Assembly: GCA_963674705.1 (NCBI GenBank) | Contig: OY771506.1 | Coordinates: 1,344,001 to 1,408,000 of the forward strand | Length of the DNA: 64,000 bases | Origin: Phycisphaeraceae bacterium | GTDB lineage: Bacteria > Planctomycetota > Phycisphaerae > Phycisphaerales > Phycisphaeraceae | Direction: 5' to 3' | In this document: positions 30,898 to 40,670 of the stretch, piece after piece | Layout of the letters: every line of letters begins with the position of its first letter | Numbering within the stretch: the first letter of the stretch is position 1 | Position numbers and translations under genes: made by a program | Notes under the pieces: generated by a model | The model's input: the letters and a program-made list of their open reading frames with translations, nothing else | Told to the model about the DNA's origin: nothing | The model's database searches: none

Positions 30898-32649
30898 TTA
30901 TTGCGATGTTGCGGCGATCAATTCTTCCAGTGTCGTAATACCGGCCGCAACCTTCTCTAATCCGTCCTGCCTCAATGTTGTGTAGCCCGATTCACGGCCG
31001 ATATTGCGCAACTCCTGAAGGCTTGCGCCCCGTGTGATTGCGTCGAGCGCCTCGTCGTTAGGCTCGAACAATTCGTAGATGCCGGCCCGGCCTGAATGGC
31101 CCGTGTCACGGCAGGCCTTACATCCTTCACCGTGATAGAACGTCTGAATCGCTTGGGCTTGTGGGCCCATGCGTTCGATCGCTCGCTTCTGCGGATCGGT
31201 GAGTTTGACCTCTTCCTTGCATTGCGTGCAGATCCGCCGGACCAGTCGTTGAGCCAGCGCCCCGCGTACACTGGCCGCGACAAGGTACGGTTCGACACCG
31301 ATGTTAAACAGGCGTGTGATGGCGCTTGGCGCATCGTTGGTGTGCAAGGTCGAGAGGACCAGGTGGCCGGTGAGCGCGGCCTGGGTCGCGATCTTGGCGG
31401 TTTCCTGGTCGCGGATTTCACCGATCATCACGATGTCCGGGTCCTGGCGCAGTAGCGCCCGAAGCGCGCCGGCAAAGCTGAAGCCTGCACGTTCATTGGT
31501 CTGGAACTGGTTGATCCCCGGGATATTCATTTCGACCGGGTCTTCAACGGTACTGATGTTGACCGTTTCGTTATTGATCTGGCGCAGCGCGGCGTACAGC
31601 GTGGTGGATTTACCACTACCGGTCGGGCCGGTGACCAGCACGATGCCGTTCGGCTGGCTGATCATGTTCGTGAACTGCTCGAGCATCGGTGGGCTGAAGC
31701 CGATCTGATGCAGCCCGGTCATGGTGTTGTTCTTGTCGATGATACGGATCACGACCTTTTCGCCGAACTTGCCCGGCATGGTCGAGACGCGCAGATCGAC
31801 CGGGCGTTTACTGATACGGACCGTGATGCCGCCGTCCTGAGGCACGCGGCGCTCGGAGATATCGAGCTTGGCCATGATCTTGATACGGCTGACCACGGCC
31901 GGGAGCATCTTGATCGGTGGGGCCATTTTCTGATAGAGCCGACCGTCCACGCGGTAGCGCACACGAAGCGAGCTGTCATCAGGCTCGATGTGGATGTCGC
32001 TGGCACCTTCCTGAACCGCTGCAAACAGCAGATAGTTCACCAGCTTGATGACGGGCGATTCGTTGGCGGAATCTTCACTGCCGTCCGCCAGGTCGGTGAT
32101 CTGCTGTTCGACGACGGTCAGGTCTTCCTCGTCAATCTCATCGATGAGATCGTCGATGGCCGCGTCGGTCGTTCCCGTGGTCAGCGCGAGTTGGGTGGTT
32201 TGGATGTCTTTCGAGGTCGCCGCGACGATCTGTACTTCGTGGCCAGAGATGCGGTGGACCTCTTCGGCGACAAAGACGTTGGCGGGTTCGGATACCGCGA
32301 GTGTGAGTTTGCCGTTGACCAGGAACAGCGGCAGCACGCACTGGCTATCGAGAAAGTCCTGCGGCAGCAGATTCACGACAGCCGGGTCGCACACGCTGGT
32401 TTCGAGTTTCACGAACGGGACGCCATACGCCTCCGCCAGCGCCTCCATGACCTGGGCTTCGCTGACGTATTCCAATTCAACAAGCACTTCACCCAGCAGC
32501 TTCAGGTTGCCCCGGTCTTTCTGATAGGCGAGGGCCTTTTCGATCTGCTCCTGGCTAACCAAACCCTTGGCGACCAGCAGATCGCCTACACGCACGCGTG
32601 GCAGCGTGGCGTTGGCTTGTTCTGCTGATGTCATTTCGGTTTGATCCAT
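30898..32649 (-). CDS. pilB: PilB/GspE assembly ATPase with MshEN-type N-terminus
   Basis: ASDIHIEP, GPTGSGKS, RQDPD, TGHLV and tetracysteine motifs. Confidence 0.92.
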   Translation of the reverse strand: MDQTEMTSAEQANATLPRVRVGDLLVAKGLVSQEQIEKALAYQKDRGNLKLLGEVLVELEYVSEAQVMEALAEAYGVPFVKLETSVCDPAVVNLLPQDFLDSQCVLPLFLVNGKLTLAVSEPANVFVAEEVHRISGHEVQIVAATSKDIQTTQLALTTGTTDAAIDDLIDEIDEEDLTVVEQQITDLADGSEDSANESPVIKLVNYLLFAAVQEGASDIHIEPDDSSLRVRYRVDGRLYQKMAPPIKMLPAVVSRIKIMAKLDISERRVPQDGGITVRISKRPVDLRVSTMPGKFGEKVVIRIIDKNNTMTGLHQIGFSPPMLEQFTNMISQPNGIVLVTGPTGSGKSTTLYAALRQINNETVNISTVEDPVEMNIPGINQFQTNERAGFSFAGALRALLRQDPDIVMIGEIRDQETAKIATQAALTGHLVLSTLHTNDAPSAITRLFNIGVEPYLVAASVRGALAQRLVRRICTQCKEEVKLTDPQKRAIERMGPQAQAIQTFYHGEGCKACRDTGHSGRAGIYELFEPNDEALDAITRGASLQELRNIGRESGYTTLRQDGLEKVAAGITTLEELIAATSQ

Positions 32650-32665
32650 TTGGGCACTATCTCTG

Positions 32666-33004
32666 TTATGCTTTCAGACTCTCGATCGCCTGCTGGACGG
32701 ATTCACACGCCTTGATCGTTTCGTCCAGACGGGTAATCCTCAGGATCGTGCTGACGTTCTTCTGGCAAGCGGCGAGCCTGATCTGTCCCAACTTCTCCAG
32801 ACATTGATCCTGAAGCCAAAGCAACGACTCAAGCCCCTGTGAATCCACAAAGTGCACCTGCGACATATCCAGCACGAAGTCGCATGCCTTGTCGTCCATC
32901 TGCTCCAGGACCTTCTTGCGGAAGTCATCCACCTCTTCGGAGGTCAACTCGCCGCGAAGCGTGAGCGTTGCATATTGTTCTTTGTTTTCACAGATGATTT
33001 TCAT
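32666..33004 (-). CDS. STAS (anti-sigma antagonist-like) protein
   Basis: VLDMSQVHFVDSQGL motif with conserved Ser. Confidence 0.88.
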   Translation of the reverse strand: MKIICENKEQYATLTLRGELTSEEVDDFRKKVLEQMDDKACDFVLDMSQVHFVDSQGLESLLWLQDQCLEKLGQIRLAACQKNVSTILRITRLDETIKACESVQQAIESLKA

Positions 33005-34683
33005 GGCACTTCAGGAGAGCTAACCAGTTCTTCCTTCTCTTGCTTGTTTATCCGGTTCTTGTGCTGCTCGATCATTTCCTGGTACGCACTGAAGTCCAGG
33101 CCCACGAAGATGTCCGCCAGGTCGGGGTCGAACTGCTTGCCGCTGCATCGACGCACCTCATCCAGCACCTTGTGCATGGGCATGGCGTTGCGATACGTGC
33201 GGTCGCTGCTCATTGCGTCGAAAGCGTCGGCCAGGGCAAGCACGCGGCCGAACAGCGGGATATCTCGCCCGGCCAGACCGTGCGGGTAGCCGCCGCCGTC
33301 CCACGCCTCGTGGTGGTAGAGCACGCCGGGGATCAGGTCTTCCATCTGCCGGATGCCTTCGAGGATCCTGGCGCCGATTTCCGGATGCTTCTTGATCAGG
33401 TCGAACTCTTCCTTGGTCAGTCGGCCGGGCTTGGTCAGCACCGCCTCGGGCACGCCGATCTTACCGACGTCGTGGACCAGGCCGCTGAGATAGATGCGTT
33501 CTACGGTGTGGTCGTCGAGTCCCGCCGCTTTAGCCAGTTGCTTGCCGACCAGTGCGACGCGTTCGCTGTGGCCGTGTGTGTACGAATCCTTGGCGTCGAT
33601 GGTTGTGCTCAGGGCGTGTAGTGTCCCGAGAAACATCGAGTGCATGTCATCGTAGAGCAGCACGTTCTTGAGATAGATGCTCAGGCTGCTACCCAGTGAT
33701 GCGCATAGCTTGGAGTCGACCGTGCTCAGGCCCGAGCCGGGATCGATCTTGTCCGCGCCGTAGAGCAGGCCGAGGGGTTGCCCTTCAATATGCAGCGGCG
33801 TCAGCAGCAGGCTGTGCGCTACCCGATCCATACCATCGATTCCGAGCACGCGCGCATCATCGAGGATGACCGGTTCGATGCGGTCGTGCATGCGTTCGAT
33901 GAGCTTCGGCCCGAGTCTGCGGACATCATCGGCGTTGATTCTGGATTGATTATCAACGCACACCGGGACCTTAAGGTTAGCAAAGCCGTGCTCGGTCGGT
34001 GAAGGTTGGATCGCCAGCCATCGCAGCCCCACCACCTCACGCATCTCATGGCAGGCCTGCTCCAGGAAAGCCTGGGGCGGGTGGTCAACCACCATCGACA
34101 TCGACAGCTTGTACAGCAGGCTCAGTTCTTCGTATGTCCCGGCAAGCTCCCAGCTCAGGTCATGCAACTCGTGCAGACGCCAACCCAGATCGGCGGCATC
34201 GCGGTCCATCCATGTGATGACCTGCGCCAAACGTTCGGCTTCCATGTTGCTGAAGAGCACTTCCTGATCGAAGCGGGCGACGGCGGCTTGTAGATCAATG
34301 CCCACGGCGTCGCATATCCTGCTGAACTGTTCGCTGTGCAGCAGGTCCTGGCTGAGCAGGGCCGCTGCGATCACGGTTGTATCGTTTGATGTGGGCTTGA
34401 ACGTTGCGATCCCCTGATTGGGGCCGATGGGTACGAGAGTCAGCCCGGGCCAGATCACCGTGGGGTGGCCCACGCTGTGGCTGAGTTCCCGCAGCTTGGC
34501 GCGTGTGATATTGGTGAAGATCTGCGAGCCGAAGATCAACTCGTGTTCGCGACGACGCGGGCCGATCAATTCACATTCGCCGCTGGGTTTAAGCAACACG
34601 ACAACCACCCCCAGTTCCGAAAGCCGCTGCCGCAGCCGGCCGGAGATGGTACTGCTGTCGAGTTGTCCCGCGGCGATGGTCAT
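33001..34683 (-). CDS. GAF + HD-GYP c-di-GMP phosphodiesterase
   Basis: YTHGHSERV, HDVGKIG, HHEAWDGGGYP and ADAFDAM motifs intact. Confidence 0.92.
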   Translation of the reverse strand: MTIAAGQLDSSTISGRLRQRLSELGVVVVLLKPSGECELIGPRRREHELIFGSQIFTNITRAKLRELSHSVGHPTVIWPGLTLVPIGPNQGIATFKPTSNDTTVIAAALLSQDLLHSEQFSRICDAVGIDLQAAVARFDQEVLFSNMEAERLAQVITWMDRDAADLGWRLHELHDLSWELAGTYEELSLLYKLSMSMVVDHPPQAFLEQACHEMREVVGLRWLAIQPSPTEHGFANLKVPVCVDNQSRINADDVRRLGPKLIERMHDRIEPVILDDARVLGIDGMDRVAHSLLLTPLHIEGQPLGLLYGADKIDPGSGLSTVDSKLCASLGSSLSIYLKNVLLYDDMHSMFLGTLHALSTTIDAKDSYTHGHSERVALVGKQLAKAAGLDDHTVERIYLSGLVHDVGKIGVPEAVLTKPGRLTKEEFDLIKKHPEIGARILEGIRQMEDLIPGVLYHHEAWDGGGYPHGLAGRDIPLFGRVLALADAFDAMSSDRTYRNAMPMHKVLDEVRRCSGKQFDPDLADIFVGLDFSAYQEMIEQHKNRINKQEKEELVSSPEVP

Positions 34684-35078
34684 GACGCCTTGGTGTCCTC
34701 CACGTCCGGTTCGATATTCAACAGTGCATTGACTTTGTCGAGTACTTCACGCGGGCTGAACGGTTTGCAGATCGTTGCTTTAATATTCTCAACGTTGCCA
34801 TCAGGTATGTTGTGGCTCAGTCCTGTCAGCATGATCACGGGGACATGTTGTGTCCGTTCATCCAGTAGCAGCAATTCACTCAACGCCCTGCCGTCGAGCA
34901 AAGGCATGCGGTAGTCGGTGATCACCAGGTCCGGCGCTTCTTCCTGGGCGCAATTGATCGCCTCTCGGCCATCGGTAGCGCAGTGCACGCGGAATCCGGC
35001 GCTGCGTAATTTGAGCGACAGCACATTGACGACGTGGGTTTCGTCATCGACCAACAAAATCAGTGGCGGCTTAATCAT
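34680..35078 (-). CDS. Single-domain response regulator
   Basis: LVDDE, ITDYRMP and KPF motifs; GGAGG RBS. Confidence 0.92.
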   Translation of the reverse strand: MIKPPLILLVDDETHVVNVLSLKLRSAGFRVHCATDGREAINCAQEEAPDLVITDYRMPLLDGRALSELLLLDERTQHVPVIMLTGLSHNIPDGNVENIKATICKPFSPREVLDKVNALLNIEPDVEDTKAS

Positions 35079-35183
35079 GCCTCCTCCCTGAACTCCTGGC
35101 ACCGAGATGCCGGCCCTGTGCTCGGCGTTTCGGTGTTTGCGGTAACAGCACCGCGGCTGGACCAGCGCGTTGATCCAGTATTG

Positions 35184-35211
35184 ACATCGGCTTAATGCGT
35201 CATTCGGTTGA
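35184..35211 (-). promoter_or_regulatory. Putative sigma28-like promoter
   Basis: TCAA-N16-GCCGATGT; same geometry at 3679-3706, 14301-14328 and 60897-60924. Confidence 0.55.
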
Positions 35212-35269
35212 TGTGCATTGAACGGACGGATTCGGATATGTCGGTTACGAAGGTTTGTAGGGATTACGC

Positions 35270-35296
35270 AAAAAAACCCGGCACTTGTGCCGGGTT
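35270..35296 (-). terminator. Intrinsic terminator after TPR gene
   Basis: AACCCGGCAC/GTGCCGGGTT stem followed by T7 on the minus strand. Confidence 0.85.
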
Positions 35297-35321
35297 CTGT
35301 GCTGGTTATCGGCTGATGTGG

Positions 35322-36554
35322 TTAGCCGTTGTCGGTGGTTACGGCCGAGAGCAGCTTGCGTGCCCTGACGTCATCGGGTTGGCGCTTGAGGGCTTCTTTG
35401 TAGGCCTCGACCGCGGCTGCGTCGCGGCCGGCCTTCTGGAGGCTCAGGCCACGCAGGATCAACGGCTCGGTGCTTGTCGGGGCCGCCTGGGCCGCACGGT
35501 CGAACATCTGCAGGGCGTTGTTCAGGTTGCCCCGCTTCTGCCAGACCATCCCGGCGAGCAGATAACCTTCGTACCGGTCGGGCGACAGGTTCATCACCTT
35601 GCTCGCCGCCTGAAGCGCACCGCCAAGGTCATCCTGCTGGTAGCAGACTTCTCCGAGCCTGATCCAATCGGTGGCCGTGCCCTGCGGGCTGCGGGCCAGT
35701 TCCAGCAGGATGCTGCGGGCTTCTTTCTCCCTCTTGATATGCAGGTAAGAGGTTGCGAGTTCCCGCTTGATATCGGCCCGGTCTTTGTTTTCCGGGACTT
35801 CAAGTAATTCACTAAGGATCTTCGCCGCTTCGGCATGCTTGCCAGAGTCCTGCAGCGAAGTTGCTAGTTGCTGTTTGAGCTTGCTGTCACCGGGATCAAG
35901 CAGTGACGCTTGGTAGAAGTATTCAGCCGCTTTGTCGGGGCGGCTTTTCAGCAGGTAGAGTTGGCCAATCGCTGCGCGTACACCCGCGTTCTGATCGAAG
36001 TATTGCATTTTGCTTTCCAGCAATGCAATTGCTTCATCGACACGGCCCAACTCGACCATGCCTTCGGCAACGGGCAGCAGGTAAGAGGCGTTGTCCGGTT
36101 CTTTCTCGTAGGCTTTCTGGTAGAACTCCAGCGAGCTTTCGTACCGCTGCCAGCGCTGCAAGACCAGGCCCTGGTAGTAGTACGGCTCTGGGTTCTCCGG
36201 CTGCAGTTCGATTGCCGCATTGAACAGGTGGTAAGCCCGTTCGAGCTTGCCGCGTTCGATGGCGATGCGCCCGGCAAGCACGTGCAAGCCGGCGTGCGTC
36301 GGATCGATCGACAGCCCGTCCTTGCACGACTTCTCAGCCTGCGTCAGGTCCCCGGTTTTGAACTGCTGCTTGGCCATGTCCAGCATCATCGAGCTGCGCA
36401 ATTCAAGCCAGCGGTTCTTGGCGTCGGCCTTCTCTTCTTTCAAGGCGCTGCCGGGCTTGCAACCAACAAGCAGCAGCGGCGCGATAAGCGCCGCTGCTGT
36501 GAGGGTGATAACTTTACCATGCTTCATGGTGCGTTTCATCTCTTTCCTTTTCAC
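35322..36554 (-). CDS. TPR lipoprotein (pilotin-like candidate)
   Basis: LVGC lipobox, multiple TPR helices, directly downstream of the secretin. Confidence 0.85.
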   Translation of the reverse strand: MKRKEMKRTMKHGKVITLTAAALIAPLLLVGCKPGSALKEEKADAKNRWLELRSSMMLDMAKQQFKTGDLTQAEKSCKDGLSIDPTHAGLHVLAGRIAIERGKLERAYHLFNAAIELQPENPEPYYYQGLVLQRWQRYESSLEFYQKAYEKEPDNASYLLPVAEGMVELGRVDEAIALLESKMQYFDQNAGVRAAIGQLYLLKSRPDKAAEYFYQASLLDPGDSKLKQQLATSLQDSGKHAEAAKILSELLEVPENKDRADIKRELATSYLHIKREKEARSILLELARSPQGTATDWIRLGEVCYQQDDLGGALQAASKVMNLSPDRYEGYLLAGMVWQKRGNLNNALQMFDRAAQAAPTSTEPLILRGLSLQKAGRDAAAVEAYKEALKRQPDDVRARKLLSAVTTDNG

Positions 36555-36574
36555 GTAAAGGTTATTGAGCCGGA

Positions 36575-38854
36575 TTACTCGTTCACCTCTTCGCTATCAA
36601 CGCTGCTGACAGCGGCTTCACTTTCACTGTTCGATTCTTCGCTGTTGCTGAGTGTCTTCTCGACAAACTCGAAGATGTTGATTGGCTGTTCCTGTTCGGC
36701 TTGCTCCTGTTCTTCGACGAAGAACTCATCGGGGTCGTAAACCTCGACCGAAGCCGTTTCGTCCAGCGAGCTATCGAGGTCGTCCAATTGACTGAATTCC
36801 TGATCGACTTCACTGCTCTGCCAGTTGTCAGTCGCCGCGGATTCTTCAGTGGTCAGCTCGACGCGCCAAGGCGATTCAACCGACTGGCTGTCTTGGGGCT
36901 GCTGTTCGGCGGAAGCCGATTCGTTCCAGTCCGCAGCAGGCTCGACGAACTCGACGTTCGATTCAGTCTGAGCGCTGGGCTGATTCCATTCGCTGGTTCC
37001 TTCGATATCCAGGCTCAGATCGATGGCTTCGCTGTCGTTGCTAGACGTCTGATCTTGGGTATCTGTCCAATCGTCGGCATCGACGGAGATCTCAGCATTG
37101 ATCACGGAGTCCACAGCGTTCTTCAACATGCTGCGTTCATAGAAGTAGTTCTTCTCGCCGGTGATCTGGGCCTTGAGCTGCAGGGCGTCGGCCATGGTCG
37201 GGTCGAGGTAAAGGGCCTTATCCAGTTCGTACAGGGCCTTGTCCTTGTCGCCGTCCTTCATGGATTCGATGGCGTTGGTCATGTACTTGCTGGTCAGCTT
37301 CGAGCGCGACCAGGGCAGCAGACCGGTGCGTGTGCCGGTGCGTGTAGACTCAATGTCGTCGCTTATGCTGTTGGCCATCTGGGTCAGGTCCTCGTCGCGC
37401 TGGACGGTGGGCTTGATCATGAAGATGACTTCGCTGCGAGTGATGTCGTCATCCTGGCCCTTGAAGGCGGGACCGACCAGCGGCAGATTGCCCAGGCCGG
37501 GGACGGCGGTACGGCCGATGGTGGTGTCTTCTTTGAACAGGCCGCCGAGTACGACGGTCTGGCCGGACTTGACGATGACGTTGGAGACCAGTTCCTGCGT
37601 CGTGGTGTCAGGGATGACGAAGCCGCCGACCAGGCTGGTGCTGCCGTCAGACACGCTGGGGCGCAGTTCCATGCGGACGAAGTTGTCGTCGCTGATGAAC
37701 GGACGCAGCGTCAGTTGTGTACCAACGTCGAGGAATTCAACGGTCTGCGTGTTAGACGTTTCGGTTGCGGTGGTGGACAGGTAACCCAGTTTTTCACCAA
37801 CGAGCAGGTTGACGCTCTGACGGTTGAGTACGAGTACCTGTGGCTTGGCCAGCACGGTCGTGTCGGTGACCGAGTCCAGTGCACGTACGAAGACGGCGGC
37901 ATCGGAACCGAGTACGCCAAACTTCACGCTGCTCTGGCCTGTTTCTACGCTGCCCGGTGTGCTGCTGATGGCGCTACCGGAGTTATAGTCACCGTTCGGG
38001 CCCGAACCAGTGATCAGGTCGTCCACCGCGCCAAGCGGGGAGGTGAAGTCGGTCAGGTTCAGGTCCGCGAAGACGGCGAAGTCGACGCCGAACGCGTTGG
38101 CTTCGGTCAAGCGAGCCTGAAGGATGGTGGCTTCGACCAGGACCTGCTTCGGCCGGGTGTCCAGCTTCTTGATGATGCCAAGAATTTCTTCAACGTTCTC
38201 AGGATAGTCGCGGATGACCATGCGGTCCTGGTGGGCGGACGAGTTAGCGCCGCCGTTCGAGATCGAGGGCTCGAAGCCGTCTTCGACCTCGCCGGACAAC
38301 GCGATCGAACCCGCACCGGAAAGCGACGGGCTGGCAAACGCCGAAGCGTCCGCGGCGTTGATGTAGTTGAGCGTGACAATTTCAGTTACCAGTTGACGGT
38401 CTTCATCTTCGAGCTGAGCGATTTCTTCCGCCGTGTAGACGTAGATGAACTGGCCCTTTTCCTGGTAGCCGAAGCCGTTGGTGTGGAGGATGGCGTCTAG
38501 CGCCTCGTAGAAGTCCACGCCGTAGAGGTCGGCCGAGACGGTGCCAGCGACGTTGCGACTGGCGATGATGTTGCGTTGGCTCTGGATGCTCAGCAGTTGC
38601 AGAACTTTGGTGAGATCCAGGTCCTTGACGTGCAGGTCTATCTGGCCGAACGATCCGACCTCAACCTGTTGGCCCTGGGGCAGGGCTTCGTCTTCCGAGG
38701 CGGTTTCGAAAAGCGCCGGTGTGCCATCAGGCGGGATCGGTTCGCCGGGGACTACCCCGCTCGCCCCATCTGCGCCCAGCGCCGAGCTGTTACAGATGCA
38801 CCCTACGGAGCAAAAAAAAACGCCCAACCAATACTTCGTGTTTCCGGTAACCAT
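36575..38854 (-). CDS. Secretin (PilQ/GspD family) with acidic C-terminal tail
   Basis: QVLVEATI, GQTVVLGGLF and VPGLGNLPLVG..F motifs; AGGAG RBS before ATG 38854. Confidence 0.9.
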   Translation of the reverse strand: MVTGNTKYWLGVFFCSVGCICNSSALGADGASGVVPGEPIPPDGTPALFETASEDEALPQGQQVEVGSFGQIDLHVKDLDLTKVLQLLSIQSQRNIIASRNVAGTVSADLYGVDFYEALDAILHTNGFGYQEKGQFIYVYTAEEIAQLEDEDRQLVTEIVTLNYINAADASAFASPSLSGAGSIALSGEVEDGFEPSISNGGANSSAHQDRMVIRDYPENVEEILGIIKKLDTRPKQVLVEATILQARLTEANAFGVDFAVFADLNLTDFTSPLGAVDDLITGSGPNGDYNSGSAISSTPGSVETGQSSVKFGVLGSDAAVFVRALDSVTDTTVLAKPQVLVLNRQSVNLLVGEKLGYLSTTATETSNTQTVEFLDVGTQLTLRPFISDDNFVRMELRPSVSDGSTSLVGGFVIPDTTTQELVSNVIVKSGQTVVLGGLFKEDTTIGRTAVPGLGNLPLVGPAFKGQDDDITRSEVIFMIKPTVQRDEDLTQMANSISDDIESTRTGTRTGLLPWSRSKLTSKYMTNAIESMKDGDKDKALYELDKALYLDPTMADALQLKAQITGEKNYFYERSMLKNAVDSVINAEISVDADDWTDTQDQTSSNDSEAIDLSLDIEGTSEWNQPSAQTESNVEFVEPAADWNESASAEQQPQDSQSVESPWRVELTTEESAATDNWQSSEVDQEFSQLDDLDSSLDETASVEVYDPDEFFVEEQEQAEQEQPINIFEFVEKTLSNSEESNSESEAAVSSVDSEEVNE

Positions 38855-38891
38855 GCTCGACTCCTTCAAAAGCCTCCGCGGCTTTGGCTCG

Positions 38892-39449
38892 TTACATCCT
38901 GAGCTTGATGAACAGTCCATACTTTGTGAGGATCACGTGTCGGTCCGTGACTTGTACTAGCGTGAATCCTTCATATTCGTCGCCGGGTGCCAACAGGTAC
39001 CCGTTGATGTACGCCCTCGGCTCTGTGCCGGTGACGACGCTTTCAAGCCGTAACTCAGCCGCTTCATTGCGGACGAGTAGCTTTCTGGGGTCTTCATCGG
39101 GTGTAACTTGGGGTGACTTTGCACCTGTTTGTTTGGTTATCGCATCAGGATTCCGTTTGTAACGGCTGGGGTCCATTCCAAACAGGTCTCGGCCCGGATG
39201 ACCCGGCAGGTCCACTTGCACCACAGTTAACGCTTTTGCCGGCTTTGCCGTTTCTGTCGTCTGGTTGTCCGTATCCTGTTCTGCTTTGGCGACATTGGTT
39301 TTCTCGTCGGCCGTGGCGGTACGCGGCACACCCTGCAGGATCAGCCGACCCCACAAGAGCAACCCCAACGCCAGCGCGCAGACCATGATCCCCAGTTTTT
39401 TCTTGTCCGCGGTAATCTGATGGATCAGGTTATCCAAATGATGCTTCAT
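38892..39449 (-). CDS. Pilus assembly accessory protein (PilP-position)
   Basis: One TM segment, RDLF, and LESVV..AYING beta domain; lies between pilO and the secretin. Confidence 0.6.
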   Translation of the reverse strand: MKHHLDNLIHQITADKKKLGIMVCALALGLLLWGRLILQGVPRTATADEKTNVAKAEQDTDNQTTETAKPAKALTVVQVDLPGHPGRDLFGMDPSRYKRNPDAITKQTGAKSPQVTPDEDPRKLLVRNEAAELRLESVVTGTEPRAYINGYLLAPGDEYEGFTLVQVTDRHVILTKYGLFIKLRM

Positions 39450-39997
39450 GTATCACCCCCGATCCCTTCGGTGGTGTAGAAGGCGCTTAGCTCCATGTTC
39501 ACGGTCAGCGGCTGACTCGGATAGCTGTTGTCCGCTTCGACATCTAGACGATCAATCCGCACAACACTCGACAGCTTCTCGATCCGTTCGATCAGGTCGA
39601 AAGCGGTGGCAAACTGCGCATTGAACTGGATCTTGACCGGCAGGATGTTGTAATCCGCGTATTCCTTGGCCTGCACGGTGATGATTTCCTGGCCGGTGAC
39701 GCCCTGGGCGTTGATCAGGCTCGAAAAATCCTTGATGACCCGTGAGATCCCGTCTTCATCCGGGATATATTTGCCACGGCTGTCGAGTTTGGAGCGGCGC
39801 TGCTTGACATCTTCATAGAGACGGACCAGCCCCGCGTTGTCGACGCTGTCGATTCCCAGTTCCGTTCGCGCCTTGTCGATCCGGCGTTGCAGAGACGCAT
39901 CGCGCAGCCCGTATGGCACAAGGACTACACCGACAAACAGCACGAACATCCCGCCGATGATGACCACCGTTTTTACTTTTTCGTTCTTAATCTTCAT
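39446..39997 (-). CDS. pilO: PilO-like protein
   Basis: TM, coiled coil and LPVKIQF..IEKLSSVVRID ferredoxin-like domain; synteny. Confidence 0.75.
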   Translation of the reverse strand: MKIKNEKVKTVVIIGGMFVLFVGVVLVPYGLRDASLQRRIDKARTELGIDSVDNAGLVRLYEDVKQRRSKLDSRGKYIPDEDGISRVIKDFSSLINAQGVTGQEIITVQAKEYADYNILPVKIQFNAQFATAFDLIERIEKLSSVVRIDRLDVEADNSYPSQPLTVNMELSAFYTTEGIGGDT

Positions 39998-40670
39998 CGG
40001 ACACCCCCGCCGTCTGGAAGGTCGGCTCATATTTTCGATCCAACGGGATCTCGGCTCCGATGCTGAACCGACGCAGGATCAATCCGTCCTGTTCGTCGAC
40101 CCGGCTGAAGTGCATCGCAACACTCTCGAACAAGGGGTGATCGTTCATCGCGTTAACCAGATCGGCAACCACAACATCATCCGGTGCGAATCCTTTTACC
40201 TCGATGCTTACGTAATCACGCAGGTCTTCGGGATTGACCGGGACAGCTTTTTTCGTCTTCTTGGTTTTTGTGTCGTTCGGGTCTTCTTTGGGTTTGGGCG
40301 CCGGGCGGTGGGTCTTGACCGTGACATGTGTCAACCCGGTCGAGGGAGGCATCAGCCTGCCAATCACCGCGACAGCCTCTGTGACTTCGATTGATTGATC
40401 CAGTTGCTTCTGGATGTTCTCCTGGTAAATGAGAGCCTTTTTTTCGTCCCGCAGCTTGTCGCGCTCGCTGAGTTTGAGCTTATTGGCGACCAGTTCTGTT
40501 TCCAAGGCGATGGCCCGCTGTGCGAGTTCCATGGACTTCTGGTGCCGGTTGATCCCCCACACCACAAGCGAGATTCCCACTAACAGGATGAGGAACATCC
40601 GGCGATGCTTAAAGTTGCGCACCGCACGCTGTTCGTGGTAAGACTTAGGCAGGAAGTCGATGTTATTCAC
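39987..40670 (-). CDS. pilN: PilN-like protein
   Basis: N-terminal IDFLP (INLLP-like) motif, TM, coiled coil. Confidence 0.75.
   Translation of the reverse strand: MNNIDFLPKSYHEQRAVRNFKHRRMFLILLVGISLVVWGINRHQKSMELAQRAIALETELVANKLKLSERDKLRDEKKALIYQENIQKQLDQSIEVTEAVAVIGRLMPPSTGLTHVTVKTHRPAPKPKEDPNDTKTKKTKKAVPVNPEDLRDYVSIEVKGFAPDDVVVADLVNAMNDHPLFESVAMHFSRVDEQDGLILRRFSIGAEIPLDRKYEPTFQTAGVSDED

Noticed and set aside
36701..38500. 599-aa plus-strand ORF
   Set aside because: Antisense shadow of the secretin gene with no motifs; expected from high-GC codon bias.
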